This document shows, piece after piece, positions 1 through 46,677 of a stretch of DNA of 64,000 nt. This DNA comes from Octopus vulgaris. Its lineage: Eukaryota. Position 1 is the stretch's first letter, and each line of letters begins with the position of its first letter. Made by a program: the position numbers and the translations under genes. The stretch spans positions 53,196,001 to 53,260,000 of the forward strand of contig OX597827.1 of assembly GCA_951406725.2 (NCBI GenBank). Direction: 5' to 3'. Under the pieces are notes generated by a model that saw only the letters and a list, made by a program, of their open reading frames with translations, made no database searches and had not been told where the DNA came from.

Positions 1-289
1 ATGAGCCATCTTTCCATATCACAAAGACCGCACTTTTCACTGCCGTTGGTGTAGGGCTTACACTTGGCTAAGATCTTCCAATGGATGTTGTAACTGACGC
101 CTTTATCTTTTAAGTACCATATATGAATGGATACTTTGGCATTTTAAGGAGCATATATAGCTGGATAATTTTGTTGTTTTCCTTTTGTCCCAGTGCCCAA
201 TTATCCAGTCATATATGGTCCTTAAAAGATAAAGGTGTCAGTTACAACATCCATTGGAAGATCTTAGCCGAATGTAAGCCCTACACCAA
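1..289. mobile_element. Penelope-like element GIY-YIG C-terminal remnant present as an inverted repeat (arms 46-133 and 202-289)
   Basis: The minus strand of 1-133 reads ..HIWYLKDKGVSYNIHWKILAKCKPYTNGSEKCGLCDMERWL, the typical PLE endonuclease tail. The same sequence recurs inverted at 202-289. Confidence 0.8.
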
Positions 290-630
290 GACGTGTGTCT
301 GAACTTTCTTGGTGCGCGCGTGTGTGTGGGATTGTATATATATATATATATATATATATTGGCGAATGGTGTGGGTGGGAATGAGTATGTTTCAAGTGAA
401 GGTGGATGAGTGTATAATTATAGGCGCATGTATGTGGGTGTGCGGGCACGCATGTGTAGGTATGGACATGCGCGCTTATGCGAACACTATGTACATTTTT
501 ACCCCCATACTTTTACTCACTCCCCTCACTTAGCGGTCATTCAAATAGCTCTTTTGTCTTAATAACGGTCAATCACACAGTAATTTCCCTTTGTTTAACG
601 GTCATTTTCATAGCATTTTTCCGATGGCCG

Positions 631-691
631 GATAACTGAAGAGATGGCGGCGTGGATTTCCACCCCGACATCCGAAACTCGAAGTTTTATC
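631..691 (+). ncRNA. Type I hammerhead ribozyme motif, slightly degenerate stem II
   Basis: GATAA-CTGAAGA-[gatggcggcgtgga tt tccaccccgacatcc]-GAAA-C TCGAA G-TT-TTATC. Stem I is GATAA/TTATC. It lies downstream of the + strand PLE tail. Confidence 0.7.
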
Positions 692-723
692 ATGGCTGCT
701 GAATAATTGTCACATATTACATT

Positions 724-764
<41 letters not shown>

Positions 765-1401
765 CAAACAGGAATTTCACTCTGTCGAAGAACCACCATT
801 CACAAAGAGCAAATCCGCCACCCACAATACAGACACTTACAGGTTAGTGAACACATAGAAAAGTGTGCCAGGAATCTTAATCTTAATTTCTAAATCTGCC
901 CATTCTATCAATGTTCACAGAATACCACAATGCAACAAAGTTTGAATAAAGAGGCATTTTTCATCAATAAATATCTCCCCCAACTAAATATGAACAAACA
1001 ACTCAATACACAACACCACTAACCCTTCAATTAAAACCACTAACCCCTATACACTCCCTACACCATTCACATTACAATTCTATATCTAAATCAAGAACTA
1101 CTTACCTCCCTTACAAATAATCTTTTTTCTCAGGAACTATTAGACCTGACACCGTGTATTAGCCGGTGTTTATTCAAAGTAATGAATAGCTTTGCGGAAG
1201 CCATGGTATTCTTTCTTTTCTGACTTTGTAATCATCTCATAATAATGACTTTTATGACTTTTATTACAACCTCAGTTCATCTAAATGTATATATCTGTCG
1301 TTACCTTTCATAATAAGCCTTTTCTTTTTTTATCTACAATGTGCGTTTTCGTTGATTTTTCATACCCTCCCCTTACATTTCCACGTGTATTTTATATTTC
1401 T

Positions 1402-1444
<43 letters not shown>

Positions 1445-1447
1445 CGT

Positions 1448-1690
1448 GGACGTGCGTGGCTTAGTGGTAATAGGTGTTGCACTTATCATGAAATTGTGGT
1501 CTCGGTTCCAAGGTAAGGCGATGCGTTGCGTGCGAGAGCGAAATACTTCATTTCACTTTACTCCAATCCACTCAGCTGGCAAAAATGAGTAATTTTGCTA
1601 CAGACAGGCGTCCCGTACAGTGGGGAATATAGATACGCCATAGTATCTGGGAAACCAGCCCTGTGAGCCTTTGGCTCGGGAAAGACCTTT
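1448..1690 (+). mobile_element. tRNA-derived SINE, degenerate; same family as 58792-59124
   Basis: A-box-like cgtggcttagtgg, and ctccaatccactcagctggcaaaaatgagt shared with the 58.8 kb copy. Confidence 0.7.
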
Positions 1691-1756
1691 GAAGCTTTTT
1701 TGATGTATGTATGTATGTATCTATGTATGTTTTCCTTCTACCCCTCTCTTCATCAT

Positions 1757-1852
1757 TTCTTCTTCTTCTTCTTCTTCTTCTTCTTCTTCTTCTTCTTCTT
1801 CTTCTTCTTCTTCTTCTTCTTCTTCTTCTTCTTCTTCTTCTTCTTCTTCTTC
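1757..1852. repeat. (TCT)n microsatellite
   Basis: Perfect trinucleotide run. Confidence 0.95.
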
Positions 1853-1859
1853 AAAATGC

Positions 1860-2320
1860 AGTATTTGGAATCCCTGTGACTCACCTGATGACTAAAATTA
1901 TGTTTTAGTGTCAGGAAATACTTCAGCTGTGATAGGTTTCTAACTCTCTACAAAAATCAAGATTCTCACTGGAGTACTGCTCGAATTTATGGGAATGTGG
2001 TACTGCTATACAAAAATCTTAGATCGAATCGAAAAACAAGCCATTTAACTGATTGGCAAAGATTCAGTTACTGACATGTTTCAATCGCTAACATACTTGC
2101 TGTTTATTATATCGCTACTAGGGTGGCACCTGCTCCTCTGTACTTACTAGATTTATATGCTCCCTACTTTAGCACACATGACATAGTCGTCTTTCCCACC
2201 CATCACTCTTACTGTGTTGCGTCTCTCAGACCTCGCTCAAAGAACTCCAATCCTTCTTCACGATTGTAACGTTCTGGAATTCCTTTCTCGTGCACATTTT
2301 CCTTATACAAACTAAACAAC
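1860..2320 (+). mobile_element. Decayed CR1/L2/Jockey-type LINE 3' remnant
   Basis: Fragmentary translation ..EYCSNLWECG..LDRIEKQAI..FWNS resembles the post-RT C-terminus. Many stops and frameshifts. Confidence 0.5.
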
Positions 2321-3316
2321 GAGGAAGCGGCCGATTTGTTATTCTAATCCCCTAATGGTAATATAGATGTATCCAGCAATGATACCAAGTATCCTAATAA
2401 TTGAACTGTCTCAGGGTTGTTGGAGTGGAAAACAACGTCAGACTCAAAGATCATATATATACACACACAAATATCAAATATGACTTGTAGATTCTCCGAA
2501 TCCAGAGATGGTTTGACGTTACCAAACCAATTCAGCGATCCACTTGGACCAAGCGATGGGAAAACTGCGAAATCTTTTTCAAGAAACTCCGATGGAATTA
2601 TATTTATACTAAGAAACCTGAGATCATCTTGCAAGTACTCTTTTATTCAAACAGACTCAAAGCGCTGTGCATTCACATATCCTACTCATATTTCTCATAG
2701 GTTAAGGAGAGGAGAAAAACATTTTTTGGAGAAAAAGTAAGGGGTCTGTAATGCGTCTAGATTTTGGTAAGGTTTTAAAAACTATCAGATGAAACGAAAT
2801 GATTTCTTCATTGTTTTTTAGATTCCTTCTATTGCCAATCATTGATTTAATAAAACAAAAATAGTGAAGTATTGACGAAATAATAAAACAAGTTCAAACT
2901 GATTTAAAGTTAAGGAACATGTTTCAAAGGAATAGTTATATATTCACGAGTGAGTGAATATTTAGGGAGAATTTTTTGTTTCATATATTCTGAAAAGCAT
3001 ATTCCTTTAAGGAATTTGAGCATATAAAAACAAATACAATTGTCTTAAAAACACAATTTTTTTTCAAACAATTCATTTTATAATTCTCATATAGCTTTCT
3101 CCTATTTATTCATCAGTCAGAATGCCAAATTACTTGAGGAGTTGTAAAATCTAGCGCGTGACAAATAAACATTCTTGAGCGTAGGAAAATCTAGTTAAGT
3201 AACAAGATACGTGTTAGCTCCTCCCTTTTCGGAAATGACACTAATAATAATACATTCTTACGTAAACACGTGTAAATGCACATGAATTGAATACAACTTT
3301 CACATGCTTCGTTCTA

Positions 3317-3350
3317 TATAAATACATGATTTTGACAAATATTCACAGTT
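3317..3350 (+). promoter_or_regulatory. Putative core promoter of gene 1: TATA box (3317-3322) and Inr-like ACAGTT (3345-3350); E-box CACGTG at 3267-3272
   Basis: TATAAA lies about 28-30 bp before an Inr-like motif and about 100 bp before the signal-peptide ATG at 3420. Confidence 0.55.
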
Positions 3351-3419
3351 TGCTTTCTTGCTCTAAAGAACTTTGTACGAAGTTATTTGTCAATACATAT
3401 ACTCACCGCACCAGCAAAA

Positions 3420-36376
<32,957 letters not shown>

Positions 36377-36429
36377 TTGGCATTTTGAAAACCTGGAACG
36401 AAAACCTACACCGAACACGACTTTATCGC

Positions 36430-36435
36430 AATAAA
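36430..36435 (+). terminator. Putative polyadenylation signal of gene 1
   Basis: AATAAA 54 nt after the stop; further AATAAA near 36501. Confidence 0.5.
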
Positions 36436-36748
36436 CATTTCTCTCACACCTATTCTGTTGTAATTCTATATAACATAATACTTAGCAATAATATATGAAT
36501 AATAAAATAAATAATTATAATAATAATAGATAAATTTGAAGCATGAATAAAAATTTTTAACAATAGTTAATTCACCTTATTTTGTATTTCTTTCTTTCTA
36601 TCGTGATGTAAGCCCCTCCTCCAAATTTCTTTTGTAAGTTGAAAGAACATTTTTCCATAATGCAAAAAACATTTTTTACATCAAATATTTACCTGTCAAC
36701 ACTGTTTTCAACTGATTCATATGCATACATACACACGAATATATATAT

Positions 36749-36781
<33 letters not shown>

Positions 36782-37037
36782 TAAATTAAATTAGAGATAA
36801 AACCACTATTAGGCAAATCAAACAATGAAAAACATAAACCAAAACATAAAAACAAACATAATTAATATAAAATATATAAAATTTAAAAATTTAAAATTTA
36901 AATTATTTAAATTTAAAATTTTTAATTTATATATTTTTTAATATTTTTTAAATCTTAAATTAAAAATTAAATATATATATATATATATAACTATCAAAAG
37001 GTATTAAAAAGTTTAATATAAGATAATAAGTAAAACC

Positions 37038-37130
37038 ACTACGTACGTTTCATGGCCATAACCTAATTCGAATTACAATAATTTAAATTCAATTAAAAAT
37101 TCGAATTATAGTTATAGTCAATCTTCAGGT
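37038..37130 (-). ncRNA. Degenerate type I hammerhead motif in an AT-rich PLE-like remnant
   Basis: AC-CTGAAGA-ttgactataac..gttatggccat-GAAA-C GTAC G-TA-GT. Stems are eroded. Confidence 0.55.
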
Positions 37131-37882
37131 TAATGATAATAGTTAAAAAAATAAGCAAATAGATTTAAACAATATTTTTTAAGAAATAAATAAAATAATA
37201 ATCTTTTTTATAAAAAACTCTATTATCAAACTAGAAACTTTAACGATTAGGATTATGTCATACAATCCAATTATAATGTTAAATATTAATTTTTAAGGTA
37301 AAAATAGATAGAAAATGTATTTATCTATTCAGATATAATATGGTTTTAAAAAACATAATAAACTCACGAATAACCTAATCTCAGTTATAGTCAATAACTA
37401 ATTACCTAATTATTTAACAAAAAAATAATGAAAAAAAAATCACTATTCATATTATTAAATTTAAGTTCAAATCTAAAAATTATAAAATATTTGAATAATA
37501 ACTAAATTATTATCAATAAATATATATAAATATATATAAATATAATAATTAAGATCTAAAATTATCTCTATCAATAAATATATATACGTATCATAAAAAA
37601 CTAAATAAATTAATTATTCCATTATTACTTCCGAAATATATTAAAAAATTAAAAAATTAAAGATGAAAAAGCAAATTGTAAACGTATAACCTATCTTTAA
37701 AAAAACCCATAACTATTTAACGATCAATATATCTCGTTGGCTAATTAATAACTTACAAAAACCGTATAGTTTATTTTAAATTCGGCGGTACTGACGTTGA
37801 ATATAATCTGTCTGATGGAGAAATTGTTCAATTCTTTCAGTGCTTTCGAATTTAATATTTTTAATATTTGATATTGTGAAGT

Positions 37883-37965
37883 CCCATGCTGATGAAAAAA
37901 ATGTTCGGGTAAAGTATAAATTACACATTCTTTATACCGATCTAATTCCGAAACGCGTACATGGG
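37883..37965 (+). ncRNA. Type I hammerhead motif; perfect stem I, eroded stem II
   Basis: CCCATG-CTGATGA-..-GAAA-C GC G-TA-CATGGG. Confidence 0.7.
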
Positions 37966-38135
37966 TAATCTAATATCGATTGATTTTTCGTTATTTTCCT
38001 CTCTGCCTTCGTGGGTTGTTTTCGAGTAATTTGTTTTTTCCGGGAGTCTCTTTTTAAAGTAGAGGAAATAGCTAAGGTTCTTTGGCTGCTATTTCTAAAC
38101 TTCGGTATGTGGTAAAGCAAATCTTTGCTGAACCC

Positions 38136-38248
<113 letters not shown>

Positions 38249-39499
38249 CTTAAACATCTGATATATATGTATATCGTATGCATTTACTGCTTTGCTTGTT
38301 GCTATCTGTTTGGTGATTGATATGCCTAGATTTAGATTCCCACTATACGAAACATTAAGCCGTGTTTCTTTCTGCACGTTTATGTACTAACTTATCATCA
38401 CTCGACTGGTGATCCAACAATTATTATTCCGTTTGCTTTTCTAGTTTCCAGCTCTCAGTTATTACAAACATTCATCCAATTTTAGAACCGCAGGGCGTGA
38501 AATTTGAGTAAGATTTGGTTGCTTTTCCCTAGCAGTTCAAGTAACTATTCAGAGTCTTTGTAGCAAGTTTCGTCGTTTCGTAGATTTGTAAACCGTTACA
38601 TGCAAGTTCTATCCTTATTGTTGGTATGCGACTACCGTAATCTGTTTCCTGTTTATAGTTGGTGGGGCGCGTGGTAAATCTGATCTACAACTAAACAAGG
38701 ATATATTTCTGTGTCAAATACATCCAATATTCAATCTTGATCCGGTGTTTTAATAAAATTAAAGTTCTCATCTCAAAAATCAGAATGAAAGACACTAGGA
38801 AAACTAATTTCCAATTATAAACGAGAGAAATATGTGACTCCGAAAATTCTAAACCGATAACTTGTCATTCAACTTCTACAGCATTTTAAAGCTCAAAAGT
38901 TATAAGTTTAAATTGATATTATGAGGATTAGAGATCGAGAAAACCAAATTTCAATTTATACTGGGGGAAATCTATGCAAGGGGAATGGGACGCATGGTTT
39001 ACATTTATCCTTAGTTATATCACAACTCGTATAACACCAACTGCACTTAGAATAGCAGCAACAATTGCAGCAAATAACAACAAACACAAAATCAACTTTT
39101 TTGTGGCTACTAAATATGGTGAAACTATAAGTGTGCAGTGATGATATCTGCAGCGGTGGTACGTCAAGTGAAGCAGACGTAACAGCAGACGTGGTACCGT
39201 AAGAATACCCACAATAGCAGCATCAAAAGTGTCAATAGCAGCTATAAAAGTATAACAGCAGAGCATCGGAAGCTCGACTGCATAAAAAATGTCGGTATTT
39301 TATTATATTTTGTGGTGTACTGGAAAACAACTGAACAAAGCACATTTGGGGCTTAGAAAGATTGTATTCGGAGACGCATGAGTTATAGAAATAAGAGGGA
39401 GTTTAATACTACACTGAAAAAGGGAATTCACTCTATTTTGCAGATATTCAAGCTTCTGTTTAGTAATTGAGTTTAAACTTCCAGAACTGGAAAACTGAA

Positions 39500-39870
39500 T
39501 ATCACGCAGAGGCATTCAAGCATCTAAGAAAAATGTCCCACAGAGCCAGCAACATCCTCGGTTTATTGTATGAATTGGCCATGTAGTTCCATTTCTTTCT
39601 ATCTATTCTGTTGTTCTTTCGTTTCTCTTTGAATTTTCCTACTGTTTCAGTTACGTTTTGGGCTGCCGATACTCTGCCCAACATAATTTTTCAGACCCAG
39701 TATCATAGTAATAACAGTGTCTTCTGTATTTAGTAATTCTCTGCTACCTTCCTTTCTGGGTAAATATAGACAGTTGATATTACTTTTAGGGGAGGGTACG
39801 TTGTGCATTGTGAGCAGCTTTCTGGTTCTTCTATTCAAGTTCTGCTGTTGAGCCTTTGTCGTATGGACAT
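39500..39870 (-). mobile_element. R4/Dong-like non-LTR retrotransposon fragment
   Basis: RRTRKLLTMHN..PKSNINCLYLPRKEGSRELL resembles the R4 DRKTRK..RLYLPRKEGGRGL block. Confidence 0.75.
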
Positions 39871-39964
39871 ATAGTGCTAAAAATCACAGAATATCAGTAG
39901 CGGGCAAAAGAAAAAAAAAAAAGAAAAAATGCTCAGCACCGGCTGTAGAACTGCCAGATTATGT

Positions 39965-40375
39965 GGCGAGATGGCAGAAACGTTAGCACGCCGAGCGAAA
40001 TGCGTAGCCGTGTTTCGTCTGCCGTTACGTTCTGAGTTCAAATTCCGCCGAGGTCGACTTTGCCTTTCATCCTTTCGGGGTCGATAAATTAAGTTCCACT
40101 TACACACTGGGGTCGATATAATCGATTTAATCCGTTTGTCTGTCCTTGTTTGTCCCCTCTGTGTTTAGCCCCTTGTGGGCAGTAAAGAAATAGGTATTTC
40201 GTCTGCCGTTATGTTCTGAGTTCAAATTCCGCCGAGGTCGACTTTGCCTTTTATCCTTTCGGGGTCGATTAAATAAGTACCAGTTACACACTGGGGTCAA
40301 TATAATCGACTTAATCCATTTGTCTGTCCTTGTTTGTCCCCTCTATGTTTAGCTTCTTGTGGGTAATAAAGAAAT
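39965..40375 (+). mobile_element. SINE with tandemly duplicated 3' half
   Basis: 40012-40192 is repeated at 40195-40375; same family as 26835-27065. Confidence 0.85.
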
Positions 40376-41185
40376 AAGATTATACGATTTCAGCGTGTTT
40401 GCACTTTGCGATTCATCAGCAGCAGGTATCCATTATCACCGTAAACTAACCCAATTGCGTCCGAACTGATATATAACAAAACAATGACTAATCATGCTTA
40501 CATGAAACACTCTTGTAAATATATCAAAGAAAACAAGAATTTAAATAATCGTTTCTACCATCGGCACAAGCCCTGAATTTTGGGGGAGGGGGATAGTCGA
40601 TATAATCGACCCCAGTGATTCACTGGTTCTTAATTTATCGACTCCCTTAAGGATGAAAAGCATAGTTGACCTTGGCGAAATTTGAACTCACACACACACA
40701 CACACACACACACACAGATGAATCCCTCGACTATTGCGGGTGCTACGTTCCAAAAACCACCGCAATGGATGAAAATCTGCCAAGTAGAAACAATACGATG
40801 CTGTATATTTATTATTATTATTTTTTTCATCTGTATATATTTATTTTATTATAAATGTAAAACAGCACCACAAAGGAATCGATATAAACTTAAATAATAA
40901 GCCGCGATAGGCGAACCGCGATATGGCGAGGGATTACTGTAAGGATAACATCCAAAGATCCAAGTGGAGGAAGTTAGTAAGCTTCATGCAGTCTATGACA
41001 GGTATAAAAAAACAACAACAGAAAGAGGACAGTGTATGTTCAGGAACAATAACAATTTATTGGCATCGAAGGTTACACACATTTTCCTATGTCGAAGTTA
41101 CGACGAAACTCGATAGGCTGAAGGCTTCTGTATATTTCAGGGTTAGCAACTAGAGTAGCTATGAATACGAATAAAAATCCAGACC

Positions 41186-41768
41186 GAGGGAGTGGAAAAG
41201 GTGAAATCCAGGCTACATATGTTTCCTAGTATTATTAAATCCTCTGATTTAATAATTACTCATTAACGGGTATTCAACTAGCTACTCATCGAGCCGTGAA
41301 TATCTTAATTATATGAAGGTTGCGTTGTCGTTCTTGCCTGGGTGCACCAATATATTCGTTTACTGTAGACATGGTTAAGTCGCTCCAGCTTAATATTTAT
41401 AATAATCTTTATTTTTCTCTTAAAGTCAGCAGCCATCTAAACTCTTTCTTTCCCCTCTCTTTTCTTGATCCTCAACAATCTTAATATGATTCCCACTCCC
41501 AAATATTTGACCTCTTCCTTTCCTTTTTCTTACTTATTGACCATTTATTTCTTCAAGCAGTTGTCTTTTTGTACTATTTTCCGGTTCGCCACTCATTTCA
41601 AATTACATCTACGGCGTGTTAACTTGGGATTCCTAAACGACAATGTAAGTTTCATATAATTAAGGTATCCTTGTCTAGTTGAGTACCCCTCGTTGAGTAA
41701 TTATTACATCAGAGGATCTGCTAGCTAGGAAACATATGTAACCTGAATTTTACCTATTCCAGTCCCTC
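41186..41768. repeat. Old inverted repeat (about 41186-41281 and 41676-41768) with degenerate HHR remnants
   Basis: Both arms carry CTAG-GAAACATATGTA. The CTGANGA core is mutated (TCGATGA on the minus arm). Confidence 0.65.
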
Positions 41769-41785
41769 AATTTGTTTATATATAT

Positions 41786-41858
<73 letters not shown>

Positions 41859-41859
41859 C

Positions 41860-41942
41860 CTATAACCATGTTGTGATTATCATCGATCCCAGAAGAATGG
41901 CTGCTAAACATGGCATGTTCTTCTTACTGTGATTTTTGCAAC
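41860..41942 (-). CDS. Gene 2 putative terminal exon: GCKNHSKKNMPCLAAILLGSMIITTWL* (GPI-signal-like tail)
   Basis: Strong acceptor ttttgtttgattccacAG in phase 1, compatible with the 53382 donor; ends in a hydrophobic stretch and TAG. Confidence 0.6.
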
Positions 41943-42056
41943 CTGTGGAATCAAACAAAAATGTAAAACAATAAAAGATGAGATAAATTATTGACTTGTA
42001 AATCAATGATAGAGCGATTAGCTTAAGCAATTTTTATATATGTAATTAATTTAGAT

Positions 42057-44965
42057 CAGTGTTTTTTTTAACCTTATTGGAAGTACTGAACCTTGCAAGC
42101 TTCATCAGGGCATTCACCGAACCCTTCGTAACTGGAAAAAGATAATATGATTTCTTCAAAACATAGGTATATATTTAATTAGTACGCAAAATTAACCCTG
42201 CATCAGTTGCACACAAAATCACTGTGTTCAAAGAACAAAACCCACATTACATGAATTTCACACAAAAACATAACTCGATGAATAAATGTGACTTTTGCTG
42301 TTACCTTTCAGATACTAGTTCAGAAATGCACAGCTTCACCTTGGCAAGTACCACTCTCATAATTTTCGCAACAAAGTCTGTTCTTTTTCTTAGTTTTTAC
42401 AGTGTGAGTATTACAAGGACTTTTTTTTTTAGCAATAAGAGGGTATATTACAATTTGGTGACACCAAAACGTTGAGAGAGTTGTTGTTCTGAAGAGTTGC
42501 TGTTGAAGCTAGCTCTACTGAAGTTCAATGATTTCGTGGAGTTATTCATTGTTGACATCTGTTGTCGCAACACTAAGCGTGAACAGCTGTCTCACCCATG
42601 CTGGATATGACTCACCGGAGAAGAAGTATCCGTCGAGAGACTTTGCGAGCTCATCTAAGTGCATGGCAATTACTTGCTTCAGCTTCCCAGGTACAGAAAT
42701 GTCTCCAATTTCAGACATATCGTCCAGCGGGGGAAGTTTGAGAAGTTATCATTTAAACACTCTCTTACTCTTTACTCTTTTACTCTTTTACTTGTTTCAG
42801 TCATTTGACTGTGGCCATGCTGGAGCACCACCTTTTAGTCGAGCAAATCGACCCCAGGACTTATTCTTTGTAAGCCTAGTACTTATTCTATCGGTCTCTT
42901 TTGCCGAACCGCTAAGTTACGGGGACGTAAACACACCAGCATCGGTTGTCAAGCGATGTTGGGGGACAAACACAGACACACAAACATATACACAGACACA
43001 CAAACATATACACATACACATACATATATATATACATATATACGACGGGCTTCTTTCAGTTTCCGTCTACCAAATCTACTCACAAGGCTTTGGTCGGCCC
43101 GAGGCTATAGTAGAAGACACTTGCCCAAGGTGCCACGCAGTGGGACTGAACCCGGAACCATGTGGTTGGTAAGCAAGCTACTTACCACACAGCCACTCCT
43201 ACGCCTAGTTTTCTTTTTTTTTAAATGCCCTCAAGTTTTCTTCCGCTTCAATGATGTTCACTTCACCGCCTTGCTTCTGTTGACTGATATGACCGAGAGA
43301 ATCGAAAATAACGGCCATGTACACCAAAATGAGAATGAATTCAGAATTTTCGACAATGCTGATACTCTCGCAAAAACAGAGCTAATTCCACACGCATGGC
43401 AAAACTCGATTCAGTACCTTTCCCCGGATTAACCACCGAACGTTAAAGGGGTACAGAAGCATCTCGAATTCAGAGCCCATTTCATTATACAGCTCTTTGA
43501 AGATGCGGTGCTTCATAAGACTATTTCGCACGTAGTTCACACATTCAACTACAATTTTTAATACTTCTGCCAGTTTTGGAGGCAAGTTTTTTTTGTTACC
43601 AACGCATGCCTGCGCAGAACACTGAGTAACAAGGATGTGTGGAGCATCGGATTTCACCAGCGCTCCAAAACCAGAGTGTGGTCCCAGCATGGCTGGAACT
43701 CCACCCAAACAAACTTCAGAAACTATATTCTACGAAAGCCTGTTGTCTCTGAAAAAGACATCTACGTGTTTCTTTACATCGGCTGCATTGGTTGTTGTGA
43801 AAGGCTTAAAAATAAAAGTATCTTCCTTTATCACGCCGTCTTTCACATAGCGCACGAATACAAAAAGCTGACTGAGATTGGAAACATCGGCGGTCTCGTC
43901 GAGTTGGGGGCTGAATTTTGCTGGGCTTGAAATCAGATCTGTAACTACTTGAGTCAAGATGTCATCGCTCATGTCGTATATTCTGCTGCTGATTTGTCAT
44001 TTGAAAGAGGAATTTGGGCAAACTATCTTCAGCAGCTTTTCCCGCATGATATTCGGCATCTTCAACGCAGCTGGTTTTACGAGTGTTTCACCAACGGTGT
44101 GTAGTTTGCTCTGTGAGGATCGGTTTTTCGATGGGTACAAAGCCGAAAACAAGCAGAGAGCCTTTTCATCGAATCTGGCTCTCTACACCTTGAATTCAGC
44201 GAGCGTTGTGTTCTTGTATTTCCCATCTGCATGGTGTTTTAGGAAGTGTTCCCCTAGTTTTGTAGGTGCTAGGCTAGAATGGCTCAACTTGGCATTGCAA
44301 ATTATGCATTGAGGACGCTGACTCACATCAAGTTCCTTTATACATATTGTAAGTATTCGTCCAATCACTTCCCTTTTTTTCGATCGACGTAGTTAGTACG
44401 AAGGGTTTGAAAGATTAAAAGAAAATCACAAATGACGTCCAATCACAATAGCCACAAGTCGACTACTGAGCACATCAAGTTCCTTGCAGCACAGATATCA
44501 AAGCCAAGAGATGAGGCGCGATCAACTGCAATGATGGTCAAGCGGAGCATGATGTCACGAATAATACGAGTGGGGTGAACAGAACAGACACAAACACGTA
44601 AACCTGGGCCGATTTTTTGCTTTTTTCAAAACACTTTTAAGATTTTTTTTATTTATCTATAAATTAATATTTTAAAATTAAATTTTACATTGTTATCATA
44701 ATTTATCTTTTAATAAACTACTTTATCAAGGAAATCTATTTTGTGTTACAATTTTTTACTAAGCAACGAAATATTTGTAATCTAACACGGAGAAGAAAGA
44801 TTGTGTTGCCAAATTGTCGGCAGCCGATTTTTTGACGTCCGAAAACAATAGCCCACCAATGCTAATTTGAACAGGACTATACAGTGTGTCTTGACCTCCG
44901 CCGAACCTCTGAGACTGACTCAACGAACCCATAGGGTTCGGTCGATCTCAGGTTAAGAAGCATTC
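42057..44965 (-). mobile_element. Decayed hAT Charlie/Buster (ZBED5/ZBED8-like) transposon, with a SINE inserted
   Basis: PQCIICNAKLS..LAPTKL..HF (BED finger), FSPQLDETADVSN..LFVFVRYV, VNYVRNS..HRIFKEL..VRWL.RGKVLNRV. Degenerate CAGTG TIRs and TSD ATTTAGAT/ATCCAGAT. Confidence 0.85.
42763..43206 (-). mobile_element. tRNA-derived SINE nested in the hAT element
   Basis: Near-identical to 13106-13520. Confidence 0.85.
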
Positions 44966-45283
44966 ATCCAGATTGTATTTATTTTTGTGTTTTTAGTTTA
45001 TAATTAGTTAGGACCAATTGAGAACAATTTCAGTTTGTAATCAGGACCAATTGTTATACGTAACTCATAATTAATTTGACAATAGTAAATGGACTATTTT
45101 TTCTGTGTTTATTTGACTTTCATCAGTTAGGGCCAATAAAAGAATTACCAGACATATTCGATCAACGGATTAAACCTTTCATCTTAAAAAATGTCATTTT
45201 ATTTTTTATTTGTTCAGGTGGATAATGCTAATAATTCAATTACATTAAAACTATCAGTATTGTCCACACTTGGATAGTTTTTA

Positions 45284-45327
<44 letters not shown>

Positions 45328-45354
45328 GAGGAAAAGAAGACGGCAATGACGACG

Positions 45355-45421
<67 letters not shown>

Positions 45422-45574
45422 GCTTCTGTAGTTGATTGATAATTTATTTAACGATCCTGGAAGGAGGAAAGGCAAAGTGAAGCTCAGAACTATTTGAATC
45501 ATCTCGTAAAAGAATCAGAACAATAACCACTCCGCGAAATGTTATTTATTACCCGAAAGAAAATTGATTTTATC

Positions 45575-45820
45575 TTTTCTCTTTTACTTGTTTCAAACAT
45601 TAGACTACGGCCATGCAGGGACACGGCCTTGAAGAATTTTAGTGGAACGAATCGATCCCAGCACTTACTTTTTTAAAGCTTGGTACTTATTATATCGACC
45701 TCTTTGACCGAACTGCTTAGTTATGAGGCGTAAACACACCAATACCGGTTGTCAAGCGGTGGTGTGGTGGTAGAGGGGTAGAGCAAATATTGACACAAAG
45801 ACACATACAGACACACACAC

Positions 45821-45866
<46 letters not shown>

Positions 45867-46010
45867 TCAAAGAGCCTCTTTCAGTTTCCACCTACCAAAT
45901 CCACTCACAAGATTTGGTCGGCCTCAAAGTGCCACGCAGCGGGACTGAACCCGGTACCATGTGATTGGGAAGCAAGCTTCTTACCTTCTTACCACACAGA
46001 CACGCCTGTA
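45575..46010 (-). mobile_element. tRNA-derived SINE, older copy of the 13106 family
   Basis: cttgtttca..cggccatgc..ctaccaaatccactcacaag..gggactgaacccgg blocks. Confidence 0.8.
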
Positions 46011-46637
46011 CTATGTGTAAATTGTCTTAACCTAAGAACCTTTCCAAAAGAACCTTTTTGAACAAAAATGTAGGTAAAAACTGAATTTCTGCCTTTTTTA
46101 GGGATGTGTTGATAGTTCAGTAGCGGGATCTCGTATAACATTTTAGCGTGGTGCAAGCGATTCCTAACAACTCTAATATCAGCACCATACAGATAGGGGT
46201 TGAAGTTCTTGCAGGAATTGGGATAGTTTTTCTTTGGTTGACACTTTCAAGTTTCTTCAATTTGAGTTCCAATTTATTTTTATATTTGGTGTATTGGTGT
46301 GGTTTTGCATAGTAATCATTGGCATGAAATTCATTTTTGCTATAAATCAACAAAGAGTTAATAACTTCTAAAATTTGCAAATTTTGGGTAATTTTATCCA
46401 AGTGAAAGCTACAGGCGTATAGGTGCCTGTTTCCGTAGTAACAAGACAAGCTGTTACCAAGCTGCTTTCCTATATCGTCATTTTTCGCTTATTAAATGCT
46501 AAAATACATGAGGTGGTCGTGAGATGTACAAAAAATATTTAAATGGCCCTTCAATTACACACTAATTTTTGTTCTTGTTTTCGCATAATCGTATAAATTT
46601 CTGTGGGGAATACAAATTTACAAAATTTTTCTGAAAA

Positions 46638-46677
<40 letters not shown>

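Noticed and set aside
1880-1932. CTGATGA...GAAA resembling a hammerhead
   Set aside because: Stem II does not abut GAAA, there is no valid stem III with an NUH triplet, and it lies in a LINE remnant.
2344-2740. Overlapping 96 and 107 aa ORFs
   Set aside because: No recognisable motif or splice context; probably a decayed repeat.
39015-39277. Minus-strand ORF with acceptor and hydrophobic end as an alternative last exon of gene 2
   Set aside because: It is made of degenerate (GCT/GTT) repeats with no domain similarity; the 41860-41942 exon fits better.
40385-40430. Minus-strand CTGATGA..GAAA
   Set aside because: Stems I-III do not pair convincingly.
46117-46449. 110-aa minus-strand ORF within the gene 2 intron
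   Set aside because: The phase-1 reading from the nearby acceptor hits a stop, and no domain is recognisable.
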